A DNA stretch of 64,000 nt. Origin: Bacilli bacterium (GTDB lineage: Bacteria; Bacillota_I; Bacilli_A; RFN20; CAG-826). Below the pieces are notes generated by a model that searched no databases, had not been told where the DNA came from, and worked only from the letters and a program-made list of their open reading frames with translations. The position numbers and the translations under genes were made by a program. The stretch's first letter is position 1; each line of letters starts with the position of its first letter. Location of the stretch: assembly GCA_045114745.1 (NCBI GenBank), contig JBGULD010000049.1, positions 22,860 to 86,859 of the forward strand, read 5' to 3'. Positions 18,414 to 28,827 of the stretch are shown here, in pieces.

Positions 18414-18513
18414 CAAGATTGATGGAATTATTATCGCGGGACTTGTGACCGCCGTATTAGCGCTTATATTTATTATTTTATTTATATGGATTTATAGATA
18501 AGGAGGAAGAAAA

Positions 18514-19068
18514 ATGATTTATTTCTTAAAAGGTAAAGTCGCCCTCATTGATGGTGATACAGTGATTATCGATGTCAACAATGTTGGCTATCAAGTTTTA
18601 GTGTCTCATATCGATGATTATGAAGTGGGTGAAGAAGTACTCGTTTATACCTACAATGTCGTCAGAGAAGATGAACAATATTTAGTCGGATTTTCATCAT
18701 TAGATGAAAAATCAGTTTTCCTCTCCCTTATCAAAGTCAAAGGACTCGGTCCAAAATCTGCGATTGGCGCTTTAAGTAGCACCACGCCAAGTGAAGTGGT
18801 GAATGCGATCGCTAGTAATAACGTCGCTTTCTTAAAGAAACTTCCTGGTATTGGTGCCAAAGCCGCTGCTCAAATCATCCTCGATTTGAAGGGTGAATTA
18901 ACTGGTGGTAGCAAAGGCGATCCAACTGTTTATGAAGAAGTTTATGATGCCTTAAAAGCGATGGGCTTTAAAGGTGCGGCAATCGATAGAGTTTTAGCCA
19001 CGATTAATGAACCAGGAGCTTCAGAAGAAGATATCTTGCGTATGGCATTAAGCAAATTGAGGAAGTAA
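18514..19068 (+). CDS. ruvA: Holliday junction helicase subunit RuvA
   Basis: GYQV, GLGPKSA and LPGIGAKAA helix-hairpin-helix motifs. Confidence 0.9.
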   Translation: MIYFLKGKVALIDGDTVIIDVNNVGYQVLVSHIDDYEVGEEVLVYTYNVVREDEQYLVGFSSLDEKSVFLSLIKVKGLGPKSAIGALSSTTPSEVVNAIASNNVAFLKKLPGIGAKAAAQIILDLKGELTGGSKGDPTVYEEVYDALKAMGFKGAAIDRVLATINEPGASEEDILRMALSKLRK

Positions 19069-19070
19069 TT

Positions 19071-20075
19071 ATGTCTCGACTTTTAGATGCTCATATTAAT
19101 AGTGTTGACGCTCAAGAAGAGGTATCTTTAAGACCGCAACGTCTTGAGGAATATGTCGGGCAAAAAGACCTAAAGAAAAACCTTAAGGTTTTTATAGGTG
19201 CGGCCTTACATCGTGATGAACCTCTTGATCACCTTCTTTTCTATGGTCCTCCAGGACTTGGAAAAACCACATTAGCTTATGTTATCGCTAATGAGATGAA
19301 CGCTCATATTCATGTCGCTAATGGTCCATCAATTGAAAAGATTGGTGACCTAGCTGCTATACTTTCTGGACTCGAACCAGGAGACATTTTGTTTATCGAT
19401 GAAATACATCGCTTGCCAAGAATCGTGGAAGAATCCTTATATACCGCGATGGAAGATTTTAGGTTTTCCATTGTTATCAATAGGGATGTTAATTCCAAAG
19501 CTTTGACGATGAATTTGCCACCTTTTACGCTTATCGGTGCAACAACTAGAGCGGGCGATTTATCTGCACCTTTAAGAGCGAGATTCGGTATAACCGAAAA
19601 ACTCAATTTCTACGACCTTGATGAAGTCGAACAAATTGTCAAAAGAACGGCTCGAGTTTTTAATTCCAAAATCAGCGATGAAGCCGCGAAAGAAATCGCC
19701 AAAAGAAGTCGTGGAACTCCACGTATCGCGAACCGTTTATTCAGAAGAGTGAGAGACTTTGCTAACTTCAAAGGCAAAGATGATATTGATGTGAATGATG
19801 CTTTAGAAGCACTCAACGCTTTGAAAGTGGATGATATTGGTTTAGATGATGTTGATATTCGTTATCTTAAAACCCTCATTGAGCGTTTCAATGGTGGACC
19901 AGTCGGTCTAGATACCTTAGCAAACGCGATTGGGGAAGAGATTATGAATTTAGAAGATGTTTATGAACCATATCTATTGCAAATTGGTTTTATTGATCGC
20001 ACTCCTAGAGGACGTGTCGCAAATCAAAAGGCTTATAAGCATCTAAAGATTACTCACCAAGTAAGTTTGTTTTAA
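19071..20075 (+). CDS. ruvB: Holliday junction helicase subunit RuvB
   Basis: [28 protein letters not shown]. Confidence 0.95.
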   Translation: MSRLLDAHINSVDAQEEVSLRPQRLEEYVGQKDLKKNLKVFIGAALHRDEPLDHLLFYGPPGLGKTTLAYVIANEMNAHIHVANGPSIEKIGDLAAILSGLEPGDILFIDEIHRLPRIVEESLYTAMEDFRFSIVINRDVNSKALTMNLPPFTLIGATTRAGDLSAPLRARFGITEKLNFYDLDEVEQIVKRTARVFNSKISDEAAKEIAKRSRGTPRIANRLFRRVRDFANFKGKDDIDVNDALEALNALKVDDIGLDDVDIRYLKTLIERFNGGPVGLDTLANAIGEEIMNLEDVYEPYLLQIGFIDRTPRGRVANQKAYKHLKITHQVSLF

Positions 20076-20086
20076 GGAGAATAAAT

Positions 20087-20638
20087 ATGAAAAAGAAAAC
20101 AACTTTATTATCAATCGTCACTGTTGCTTCAGTTGCGGCATGTTCATTTGCTGTTTTAACAGCAAAACGTAGAACTTTCTTCAATGCTAAGGCCAATCCA
20201 ACTTATAAGCAAATTGTATTATTAAAAGGGAACATGACTTATCTTCAAGAAGGAGATGATGGCCTTTTTGATTTTTATGGCAAGTGCGCTTTTGATACAG
20301 AACGTGATTTCTCCATCAAAGATGGTGAGTCATGGGGCCCAATTACTTTAGGTGGAGATCACATTTTTACAGTAGCTTCATATGATTATTGGTATTTCCA
20401 ATTTAATGTCAAATTAAGAGGCACTCATAACCAATTTGAATATATTTCCTTTTATGGTACTTTCGATGGTGTCGAAAGAGCGGTGCAAAGAAATAGCGAA
20501 TATTTCGAATATATGACCTACGATCCCGATGAAGATCTTTATAACATCCCAGTTTATGAAGATTCCGGATACTCTGGTTGTACTATGGATTATTCTTCAA
20601 TTACCATTGATAAAATAATTATTTCTTACGGTTGCTAA
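20087..20638 (+). CDS. Hypothetical lipoprotein
   Basis: Signal peptide with lipobox VAAC. No recognisable domain. Confidence 0.5.
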   Translation: MKKKTTLLSIVTVASVAACSFAVLTAKRRTFFNAKANPTYKQIVLLKGNMTYLQEGDDGLFDFYGKCAFDTERDFSIKDGESWGPITLGGDHIFTVASYDYWYFQFNVKLRGTHNQFEYISFYGTFDGVERAVQRNSEYFEYMTYDPDEDLYNIPVYEDSGYSGCTMDYSSITIDKIIISYGC

Positions 20639-20754
20639 AAAATATACACCCACGTGTGCGCATTTAATTGTTGAAAAGTGGGGATAATTAGAGTAATGTA
20701 ATTACTGACGCGTAAGCGCGTATGTATTTTTGATTGTGTAGGAGGAACACATAT

Positions 20755-23451
20755 ATGAGAAGATTATGGTCTTACATCATATTAACTGGTGCGTCCCTTG
20801 TCTTAATGGGATCAACCTTTACTAATGTGTTTAAAAGAAGTACTTCGAATATTGAATATTCTGATGGTAGGGAAATGGTTTTTCGCATTTCCGATAAAGA
20901 CGAAGGTGAATTAGAAGAAAAGAACACTGATGGAAAAATGCCATCTGAAGTTATCGCTTCATCAATGATGAAACGCCTTGATTCACTCAAAGTCACAAAC
21001 TATGAAGTCGCTACTGAAAGTTATGACACAGTGAAAGTGACTTTAAAACAAGATACCAATGAGAACTATACCAACATCGAAAAATTAATGGCCTTTAACG
21101 GTTCATTAGCTCTTTCCTCCAGAAAAGATGGCGATATCATTCTCGATAACTCCGTTGAAGATGAAAAATTCATCACTGGTGATGCCTACTTAGAAACCAA
21201 AAATAACTATCCTTCCATTAACATTCCTGTCGGTGGACGTTTCAAAGATTTATATGATGTTGTTAAACAACATAAAGAAGAAAATGATACCGATGCCGCC
21301 GAAACAAGTGGTGAGGGTGATGAAGCCACAACAACATATTGCTTATATTTATGGCATGACTATGTGGATGGTGATACATTCTCACAAACCATCTCTGGAA
21401 ACGAGAACTATGATTCTCGTGTTGCGGAAAAAGTCTTCATGTCCTTCGATATTTCTGAACTAATCTCATTAGAAGAAGAAGGCAAGGAAATTGAAAAATT
21501 AACCGCTTACGTTAACGTCTCTGACGTCAACAGCAATGAAAAATATGAAGCCAGCGAAGTCAAAAAAGCTTTTGATACCGCTAGATTCTACGTTTCATTA
21601 ATCAATAGTGGTGCTTTGGATTATAAAGTCACATTCTTATATTCCAATAACATCGCTGCTGTAACAGAACAATTAGTGAGTACTGATGGTGTCATTCAAT
21701 GGTCCGCGACATTAAGAGCGACTATTGTCTGCGTCGTCATTCTCTCCTTATTGTTATTAGTCTTCTATCGCTTAAGTGCGTTATCCGTTATTACAGTTAC
21801 TATCGCTAGTGTATACGCTGGTGTAGGTAGCTTAATCCTCTTCAGTGCTGAATTTAACGCTGCTGGATTAATCGCTTTATGTGCAGTAGCGATTGCCTCT
21901 TTAATCTGTGGAGTTATCTATTTAACAAAGTTAAAAGAAGAATCATATCGTGGACGTTCTTTAAAGAAAGCCAATAGTGAAGCGGCGAAGAAAGCCTTGC
22001 TTCCAACCCTTGATATTAATGTTGTTCTCATCGTCATCGGTGTCTTTGCTTATGTGATGGGTGGCGCTTTAATGAGAAGTTTTGCGATTATTACCGTTCT
22101 CGGTGGTTTAGCCTCCTTAATCTTAAACCTCTTAGTTTTAAGAGGACTCATGTGGTTAGCGACAAATACCACAAAGTTACAAGGTAAATACGAAACCTTT
22201 GGCATCGATAGCAAACTCGTTCCAAATCTTCTTAAAGAAGAAAAACAAACATTCTATGGTGCTTATGCTGAAAAAGACTTCACCAAGAAGAAACTTCCTA
22301 TTGGAATTATCGCTTCCTTATTATTCGTTGCTGGCTTAGCTGGCATGATTGTCTTTGGAGCTATCAATAAAGGTGTTGTTTATAACAATGGTGGCACTGT
22401 TAAAACAAGTGAAATCTTTGTGGAAACCACAAGTAAAAATACATTAGTTACCGAAGACGCTGTTAGAAAAGCATTAGGTAACATCTACACATACGATAAA
22501 GATGAATCTAAATCTAAGACATTAGAAAGCCAAATCTCTGAAGTTGTCTATAAGACAAGAGAAGATATTGGTGAAGATGAAGATGATAAGATTTATTACA
22601 CCTATTACATCGTTAAATTATCTAGTAAGTTAGATAATTCCGCGAACGCATATTACGTGAGAATGGATGCCGAAGGTAAAGAAATCGGTGAACGTTTATA
22701 CGCCAAAGATGTCGATGGTGGTATCTCCGCTTTAATTAGCGAACACCTCGAAGATGATGGCGGCTCATTAATTGACTCCGAAGCTACTGCTTCCTTAAAG
22801 AATGTCAATGTTGTCTCTACCGCTCAACCAGAATTTGCTCCTGTCATTTGGGGTACTTGGATCGGTATCGCTGTAAGCGCATTCTATCTCTTACTCAGAT
22901 ATCGTTTATCACGCGGCATTGCTTCATTTGTTATTCCAACAGCTGTTGCTGGTATCGTCGCTGGATTCTTCGCTTACACCCGCTTAGCGGTCACTAATTA
23001 TGCAGTTGTTGTTATTCCAGTGATTGCCTTTATCTCCTTAGCGGTTTCAATTCTCTTTATGAACAAAGAAAGAGAAATGGTCTTAGAAGATAAGAACCAC
23101 GATAATTCTGTTGAAAACAGAAATGCGATTATGATTCGCGCGACATCACTATCTTATTCCGCGATTTTATTAGTCGCTGTTCTCGCCATTTATGTTGGCA
23201 TCAACTTCTTCGGATTTGGTGCGGCGAGTAACGCTTGGTTGTTCTTAATTTTAGTCCTTGGTATCTTGGTCTCTGTCATCTTAGGAACAACTCTATTCGG
23301 TCCTCTTTCTCAATTCTTCTTCAAGTTATTCTCGAAGGTCAATGTTGAGAAGTTCACTAGCAAATTCAAACGCAAGAAAAAGAAGAAAGTTATTAATGCT
23401 CCTCGTTCCGCGGAACCTGAAGAAAGAACCTTCATTGGTATTAATGACTAA
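20755..23451 (+). CDS. secDF: Fused protein-export membrane protein SecDF
   Basis: Two blocks of six TM helices separated by large extracytoplasmic domains. AGGAGG 8 nt before ATG 20755. The ORF-track start at 20734 is a TTG extension. Confidence 0.85.
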   Translation: MRRLWSYIILTGASLVLMGSTFTNVFKRSTSNIEYSDGREMVFRISDKDEGELEEKNTDGKMPSEVIASSMMKRLDSLKVTNYEVATESYDTVKVTLKQDTNENYTNIEKLMAFNGSLALSSRKDGDIILDNSVEDEKFITGDAYLETKNNYPSINIPVGGRFKDLYDVVKQHKEENDTDAAETSGEGDEATTTYCLYLWHDYVDGDTFSQTISGNENYDSRVAEKVFMSFDISELISLEEEGKEIEKLTAYVNVSDVNSNEKYEASEVKKAFDTARFYVSLINSGALDYKVTFLYSNNIAAVTEQLVSTDGVIQWSATLRATIVCVVILSLLLLVFYRLSALSVITVTIASVYAGVGSLILFSAEFNAAGLIALCAVAIASLICGVIYLTKLKEESYRGRSLKKANSEAAKKALLPTLDINVVLIVIGVFAYVMGGALMRSFAIITVLGGLASLILNLLVLRGLMWLATNTTKLQGKYETFGIDSKLVPNLLKEEKQTFYGAYAEKDFTKKKLPIGIIASLLFVAGLAGMIVFGAINKGVVYNNGGTVKTSEIFVETTSKNTLVTEDAVRKALGNIYTYDKDESKSKTLESQISEVVYKTREDIGEDEDDKIYYTYYIVKLSSKLDNSANAYYVRMDAEGKEIGERLYAKDVDGGISALISEHLEDDGGSLIDSEATASLKNVNVVSTAQPEFAPVIWGTWIGIAVSAFYLLLRYRLSRGIASFVIPTAVAGIVAGFFAYTRLAVTNYAVVVIPVIAFISLAVSILFMNKEREMVLEDKNHDNSVENRNAIMIRATSLSYSAILLVAVLAIYVGINFFGFGAASNAWLFLILVLGILVSVILGTTLFGPLSQFFFKLFSKVNVEKFTSKFKRKKKKKVINAPRSAEPEERTFIGIND

Positions 23452-23457
23452 TTAACA

Positions 23458-23482
23458 AAGGCTGCCTCAGGTAGCCTTTTTG
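23458..23482 (+). terminator. Rho-independent terminator
   Basis: AGGCTGCC-tca-GGTAGCCT followed by a T-run. Confidence 0.6.
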
Positions 23483-23487
23483 GATTT

Positions 23488-25050
23488 ATGAAAGACACAT
23501 TATTTGAACGCTTACTAAATCACTTCCAAATCGATGAAAAAGAATATGAGAGATTGATCGCTCCTGTTTCTATCGATACCTTTTTAGGTGAGCATCGTTT
23601 TAAAGATATGGATAAGGCCGTCGCTTTGGTCAAAGAAGCGATTGAGAATAAAGATAAAATCTTTATCTATGGCGATTATGACGCGGATGGAATTATGTCC
23701 ACCTCAATTATTTGCCGGAGCTTATTAAGACTCGGTAATATCCCATCTTTCTATATTCCTAACCGTTATAACGACGGTTATGGTATCACATTAGAAAAAG
23801 CCCATGAAATAGTGAAAAAGGGCTTTAAACTGGTTATTACAGTAGATAACGGCATTTCGGCGAATGAACCGATTAATTATCTAAAAGATAATGGTATTAA
23901 AGTTTTAATACTCGATCACCACACAGTTCCTGAAGAAGTACCAAATGCGGATGTCATTATTCATCCTTCCTATAGCGAGTTTGGAGAAGTCGCCACCTCA
24001 GCGGGATTTGTCTGTTTTATTTTCTCTTGGAATTTACTTGGATATTTTGATAAATATCTTTCCACATTAGGGGCGATATCAGTTATCTCTGATATGATGC
24101 CTTTAAAAGAATACAACCGTAATTTCTTAAGACTTGTTTTCTCTGATTATAAAGACGGCGAATTTTACGCGATTGATTTATTAAAAGAAGATTTGCCTTT
24201 TGATGAGATCGCTATCGGCATGAAAATCGCTCCGAAAATCAATGCTTTAGGCCGTTTGATTGACGATACCACAATTAATTATATCGTCCATTATTTTGTC
24301 ACTAGTGACCGTCAAAAAATTGATAAATTATCTTCTTGGATAGTTTCTATGAATGAGAAGAGAAAAGAAGAGTCTAGAAGTGCCGGAGGAAGCATTCCTG
24401 ACCTTGATGAAAATAGCGCATCCATTGTTTATGTGACTGAAGCTAAAGAAGGTTTGTTAGGCTTAATCGCTAATCAAATTTGTAGTGAATATCATAAACC
24501 TACAATTGTCTTCACAGAAGAAAGAGATGGAGACGTCTATAAAGGTAGCTGTAGAGCTCCAGAAGGATTTAATGTAGTCGACGCATTTAATAGTTGTGGA
24601 GAGATCATGTTAACCGCAGGCGGACACGCTTTGGCGGGTGGCTGCTCTATCAATAAGAAAGATTTAGAAGAATTCAAAAATAGATTTGAAAAATACGCAA
24701 AAGAGAACCCAATTGTGGTCATTGAACACGATGATATACCAATTGGATTAACAGAAGTGAATGCGGAGAATTATGAATTAATACGTACCTTTTCACCTTT
24801 TGGTGAAGGTTGGCGCGCACCGACATTCTTACTCAAACACATCAAAACCGATTCCTTGATGTATTCCAAAAACGGAGAACACATTCTCTCTTATATCGGT
24901 CAAGGTGTTAAACTCGTGGGATTTAATTTCCCCAAAAGAGAAGTTAATGAATTTAATTACGTTGATTTTGTCGGTCAGATAAAAGAGAGTGTTTATCGCG
25001 GACAAGTCAGTATTGAATTCAATATCAAAGAAGTCAAAGAATCTAATTAA
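23488..25050 (+). CDS. recJ: DHH-family single-stranded-DNA exonuclease RecJ-like
   Basis: YGDYDADG, TVDNGI and LDHH motifs. 520 aa, which is short for RecJ. Confidence 0.8.
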   Translation: MKDTLFERLLNHFQIDEKEYERLIAPVSIDTFLGEHRFKDMDKAVALVKEAIENKDKIFIYGDYDADGIMSTSIICRSLLRLGNIPSFYIPNRYNDGYGITLEKAHEIVKKGFKLVITVDNGISANEPINYLKDNGIKVLILDHHTVPEEVPNADVIIHPSYSEFGEVATSAGFVCFIFSWNLLGYFDKYLSTLGAISVISDMMPLKEYNRNFLRLVFSDYKDGEFYAIDLLKEDLPFDEIAIGMKIAPKINALGRLIDDTTINYIVHYFVTSDRQKIDKLSSWIVSMNEKRKEESRSAGGSIPDLDENSASIVYVTEAKEGLLGLIANQICSEYHKPTIVFTEERDGDVYKGSCRAPEGFNVVDAFNSCGEIMLTAGGHALAGGCSINKKDLEEFKNRFEKYAKENPIVVIEHDDIPIGLTEVNAENYELIRTFSPFGEGWRAPTFLLKHIKTDSLMYSKNGEHILSYIGQGVKLVGFNFPKREVNEFNYVDFVGQIKESVYRGQVSIEFNIKEVKESN

Positions 25051-25075
25051 TAATTAACCTATATTTTTATAAAAT

Positions 25076-25102
25076 AGCGCAGAGACATCTTTGCGCTTTT
25101 TT
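25076..25102 (+). terminator. Rho-independent terminator
   Basis: AGCGCA...TGCGCT hairpin followed by TTTTTT. Confidence 0.7.
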
Positions 25103-25169
25103 GCATATTAATTGTTTAATTTATATTCTATGATAAACTGATTAAGTTAATATTTAATTAACTTTTGTT

Positions 25170-26969
25170 ATGTTATTCGGACGCTATATCAACAAGTATT
25201 ACTTAAAATACGCTATCTTCTTCATTATCGGGGTAGCGGCTTTAGTCGCGGTTGATATTGCCCAAATGTTTGCTCCAGAGTTTTTAGGTAATGTCGTCGA
25301 CTTATTAAAAGATGGCGTTTTATCTAAAGAAGAACAAGCCAAAATGATTCAGATGATCATCGCCACTTTAGTGGTGGCTGGTGTCATGATGCTCGGCCGT
25401 GTTTTATGGAGAATTACCATCTTCCATGCCAGCTTTAGAATTGGCAGTTCCTTAAGGAAAGAAATGTTCTTAAAGGCAGAAAGATTATCACAAAGATATT
25501 ATCACGAGAATAAAGTCGGAACCGTCATGGCGTGGTTTACTAATGATGTTGAAACCATCGAAGATTATTTCGGCTGGGGAACTATCATGCTAGTTGACGC
25601 CTTCTTCCTTTCAACAATTGTTATTGTCAGGATGATCATGCTTGAATATGTTCTTTCTTTAATCGCCTTTATACCAATTATCTTAATTATCTTGTGGGGC
25701 GCTTTAGTGGAAAAATTCATGTCTGACAAATGGGATGCTAGACAACAATCATTTGATAAACTATATGACTTTTCACAAGAAACATTTACCGGCATCAGTG
25801 TCATTAAAGCCTTCGTTAAAGAAACGCAAGAATTACACGCTTTTGCTAAATTAGCAAAGAAAGATAAAGAAACCAATATTTCCTTCGCTAGATTATCGGT
25901 TTTATTTGATACATCAATCGGAATTATTATTACCGCGATCATCGTTGTCATCATGGGCTTTGGTGGCTGGTTTGTTTATAACACAGTGATGGACACTCCA
26001 GTTGTTATCTTTGGTCATAGTATTCACCTTTCCGCTGGTCAATTAGTGACCTTCACTGGATATTTTGATTTACTCATTTGGCCGATGATGGCGTTAGGAC
26101 AAATCGTCTCCATGCGTTCAAGAGCTAAGACATCTTTAAGACGTATTAGCCATTTCCTTGATGAAGAAGAAGAGATTAAAGACCTTCCAGATTCCGTTGA
26201 ATTAAAGAATGTCCAAGGTCAAATTACCTTCAATAATTTAACATTCACATATCCTGGTTCAAACATCCCTTCATTAAAAGGAATTTCTTTAGAAATTAAT
26301 GCTGGAGAAACCATCGGTGTCGTGGGAAGAATTGGTTCTGGTAAAACCACATTAGTGAACTCTTTGTTAAGACTTTATAACTTAGATAATGGTGCGGTTA
26401 GTATTGATGGTCAAGATTTAATGACTTCCACAATTAAATCAGTGAGAAAGAATATCGCTTATGTCCCACAGGACAACTTCTTATTCAGCGATCGCATTTC
26501 GGAAAATATTTCCTTCTCTGATGAAGAATTACCGATAGATGTGATTAGAAAAGGGGCGGAGTTCTCGGATGTCGATAAAGACATCATGTCCTTTAAAGAA
26601 AAATACGAGACTGTTTCTGGCGAAAGAGGCGTCACTCTTTCCGGTGGGCAAAAACAAAGAATTTCCATCGCTAGAGCCTATGTTAAGAACGCTCCAATTA
26701 TGATTTTAGATGACTCCGTTAGTGCAGTTGATGTTAAGACAGAAGAAACAATATTAGCGAATATCGCTAATGAGAGAAAGGGAAAGACCACAATTGTCGT
26801 GGCTTCTCGTGTTTCCACTGTCAGTCACCTAGACCGCATTATCGTTTTAAAAGATGGGGAGTTAGAAGCTTTTGGTAATCACAACGAATTATTAAAGATT
26901 TCTCCAACTTATCAAAAGATGGTCTACCTCCAACAACTCGAACATGAAATGGAAGGAGGTAATAAGTAA
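25170..26969 (+). CDS. ABC exporter, fused permease/ATPase (heterodimer partner 1)
   Basis: Six N-terminal TM helices, GRIGSGKTT Walker A, LSGGQKQRISIARA signature. Confidence 0.9.
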   Translation: MLFGRYINKYYLKYAIFFIIGVAALVAVDIAQMFAPEFLGNVVDLLKDGVLSKEEQAKMIQMIIATLVVAGVMMLGRVLWRITIFHASFRIGSSLRKEMFLKAERLSQRYYHENKVGTVMAWFTNDVETIEDYFGWGTIMLVDAFFLSTIVIVRMIMLEYVLSLIAFIPIILIILWGALVEKFMSDKWDARQQSFDKLYDFSQETFTGISVIKAFVKETQELHAFAKLAKKDKETNISFARLSVLFDTSIGIIITAIIVVIMGFGGWFVYNTVMDTPVVIFGHSIHLSAGQLVTFTGYFDLLIWPMMALGQIVSMRSRAKTSLRRISHFLDEEEEIKDLPDSVELKNVQGQITFNNLTFTYPGSNIPSLKGISLEINAGETIGVVGRIGSGKTTLVNSLLRLYNLDNGAVSIDGQDLMTSTIKSVRKNIAYVPQDNFLFSDRISENISFSDEELPIDVIRKGAEFSDVDKDIMSFKEKYETVSGERGVTLSGGQKQRISIARAYVKNAPIMILDDSVSAVDVKTEETILANIANERKGKTTIVVASRVSTVSHLDRIIVLKDGELEAFGNHNELLKISPTYQKMVYLQQLEHEMEGGNK

Positions 26970-28732
26970 TGCAAGACGATTTAGTCAAACTTAAAGGCGA
27001 TAAACCGATTCCTCGCAAAGTGATGATTAAAAGAGTTTGGAAATACGCTAAACCCGAACTCCCATCCATCATTATTTCCTTATTCCTCGTCTTCTTGAAC
27101 GTCGCTATCGATATCGTCTTCCCGATCTTGATGTCGAGATTAACTGATAACCTTCAATCGCCAGATATTTCTTTAAAAGTTATCAGTATGATCGCGGCCG
27201 GTTATCTCGGTTTATCGGTCTTCTCTTTCATCTTCACTTATTTAGAAGCAATGATTCTACAAAAAGCAGGACAAAGAATTGTTTATAGCCTCCGTATGGA
27301 AGTGTTTGAACATATTGAAAATATGTCTCAGAACCAATTCAATGAAATGCCAGTCGGTTCATTAGTCACTAGAGTGGTGTCATATACATCATCCTTGTCT
27401 GAACTATTTACTTCCATCTTAGTGAACTTAATCAAAAACATCGTGACCATCATTGGCGTCTATGCGATTATGCTATTCATTTCCTGGAAGCTATCTTTAG
27501 TCATGCTTGGCATTGTCGCTGTGGTGTTTGTCATTTCATTTTTCTTTAGAAAAATCATCCACAAGATTTTCACTCAAGAAAGAAAATACATCTCTGATCT
27601 CAACACCTTCTTAAATGAGAATCTCTCTGGTATGAAGATTATTCAACTCTTTAACCAAGAAAAGAGAAAAGAAAAACAATTTGATGTGAAAAATGATAAT
27701 TTGAGAAAGACTAGATACAAAGTTCTCATCGCCTTTGGCATTTATCGTCCACTCATTTCCTTCATCTATTTCGGTTCAATCGCTATAACCTTCAATTTTG
27801 CTTTGCAAGCGATTATTACCGCCGGTGAAGTGGTGGCGTTCTATCTCTATTTATCTAAACTCTTTAACCCGATTCAAAACATCGCTGATCAAATCAACGG
27901 TATCCAAAGAGCGGTCACCGCTTCAGAAAGATTATTCAATCTTCTCGATGTTGAACCGCAAGTTTTAGATGCTCCTGATGCGATTGAAGTTGACCATCTT
28001 GAAGGCAAGATTGAATTCAAGAATGTTTGGTTTGCCTATAACGAAGGCGAATGGATTCTTAAAGACGTTTCATTTACCATTGAACCTCGTCAAACATGCG
28101 CTTTTGTGGGCGCGACTGGTGCGGGCAAAACAACCATCCTTTCTTTGATTGTCAGAAACTACGAAATCCAAAAGGGACAAATTTTAATCGATGGCATCGA
28201 TATTAAACATATAAAGATAAAATCTTTAAGAAAAGCTATTGGCCAGATGTTACAAGATGTTTTTCTCTTCTCTGGAAACATTAAAGACAACATCGCTTTA
28301 CACGATGAATCATTCTCCATGGAAGAGATTGAACAAGCTTGTGAATATGTCAATGCTGACAAGTTTATTGATAAACTAGAAAAGAAATATGATGAGGAAG
28401 TCATTGAAAGAGGCGAAAACTTCTCTCAAGGTCAAAGACAACTTCTTTCCTTCGCGAGAACGGTTTTAAACAAACCACAAATTCTCATTCTTGATGAAGC
28501 GACTGCGAATATTGACACCGAGACAGAAGTGTTAATTCAAGAATCGCTAGAAAAGATGAAGAATATCGGCACGATGTTAGTGGTGGCACACCGCTTATCC
28601 ACAATTCAAAAGGCCGATCAAATAATTGTCCTACAACACGGTGAAATTATAGAGCATGGTAACCATCAACAATTATTAAAGAATCGTGGGTATTATTATA
28701 AATTATACAAACTTCAATTTGAGGAAAGATAA
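26969..28732 (+). CDS. ABC exporter, fused permease/ATPase (heterodimer partner 2)
   Basis: GATGAGKTT Walker A, FSQGQRQLLSFAR signature. ATG overlaps the stop of the previous gene. Confidence 0.9.
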   Translation: MQDDLVKLKGDKPIPRKVMIKRVWKYAKPELPSIIISLFLVFLNVAIDIVFPILMSRLTDNLQSPDISLKVISMIAAGYLGLSVFSFIFTYLEAMILQKAGQRIVYSLRMEVFEHIENMSQNQFNEMPVGSLVTRVVSYTSSLSELFTSILVNLIKNIVTIIGVYAIMLFISWKLSLVMLGIVAVVFVISFFFRKIIHKIFTQERKYISDLNTFLNENLSGMKIIQLFNQEKRKEKQFDVKNDNLRKTRYKVLIAFGIYRPLISFIYFGSIAITFNFALQAIITAGEVVAFYLYLSKLFNPIQNIADQINGIQRAVTASERLFNLLDVEPQVLDAPDAIEVDHLEGKIEFKNVWFAYNEGEWILKDVSFTIEPRQTCAFVGATGAGKTTILSLIVRNYEIQKGQILIDGIDIKHIKIKSLRKAIGQMLQDVFLFSGNIKDNIALHDESFSMEEIEQACEYVNADKFIDKLEKKYDEEVIERGENFSQGQRQLLSFARTVLNKPQILILDEATANIDTETEVLIQESLEKMKNIGTMLVVAHRLSTIQKADQIIVLQHGEIIEHGNHQQLLKNRGYYYKLYKLQFEER

Positions 28733-28753
28733 AGCCACTTTGTTGGCTTTTTC
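28732..28753 (+). terminator. Rho-independent terminator
   Basis: AGCCA-ctttgt-TGGCT followed by a T-run. Confidence 0.6.
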
Positions 28754-28827
28754 TTTAACAATTTAAGACAGAAATCTTTTATTTTGTTCAAAAAACAAAT
28801 AAAAAAATGTAGAATGTATTTGTTGAT

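Noticed and set aside
25144-25164. 8-bp inverted repeat AAGTTAAT-N5-ATTAACTT just upstream of the first ABC exporter gene, read as a repressor operator.
   Set aside because: It is composed almost entirely of A/T in an AT-rich spacer, there is no adjacent regulator gene, and such palindromes are expected by chance. Not strong enough to report as a finding.
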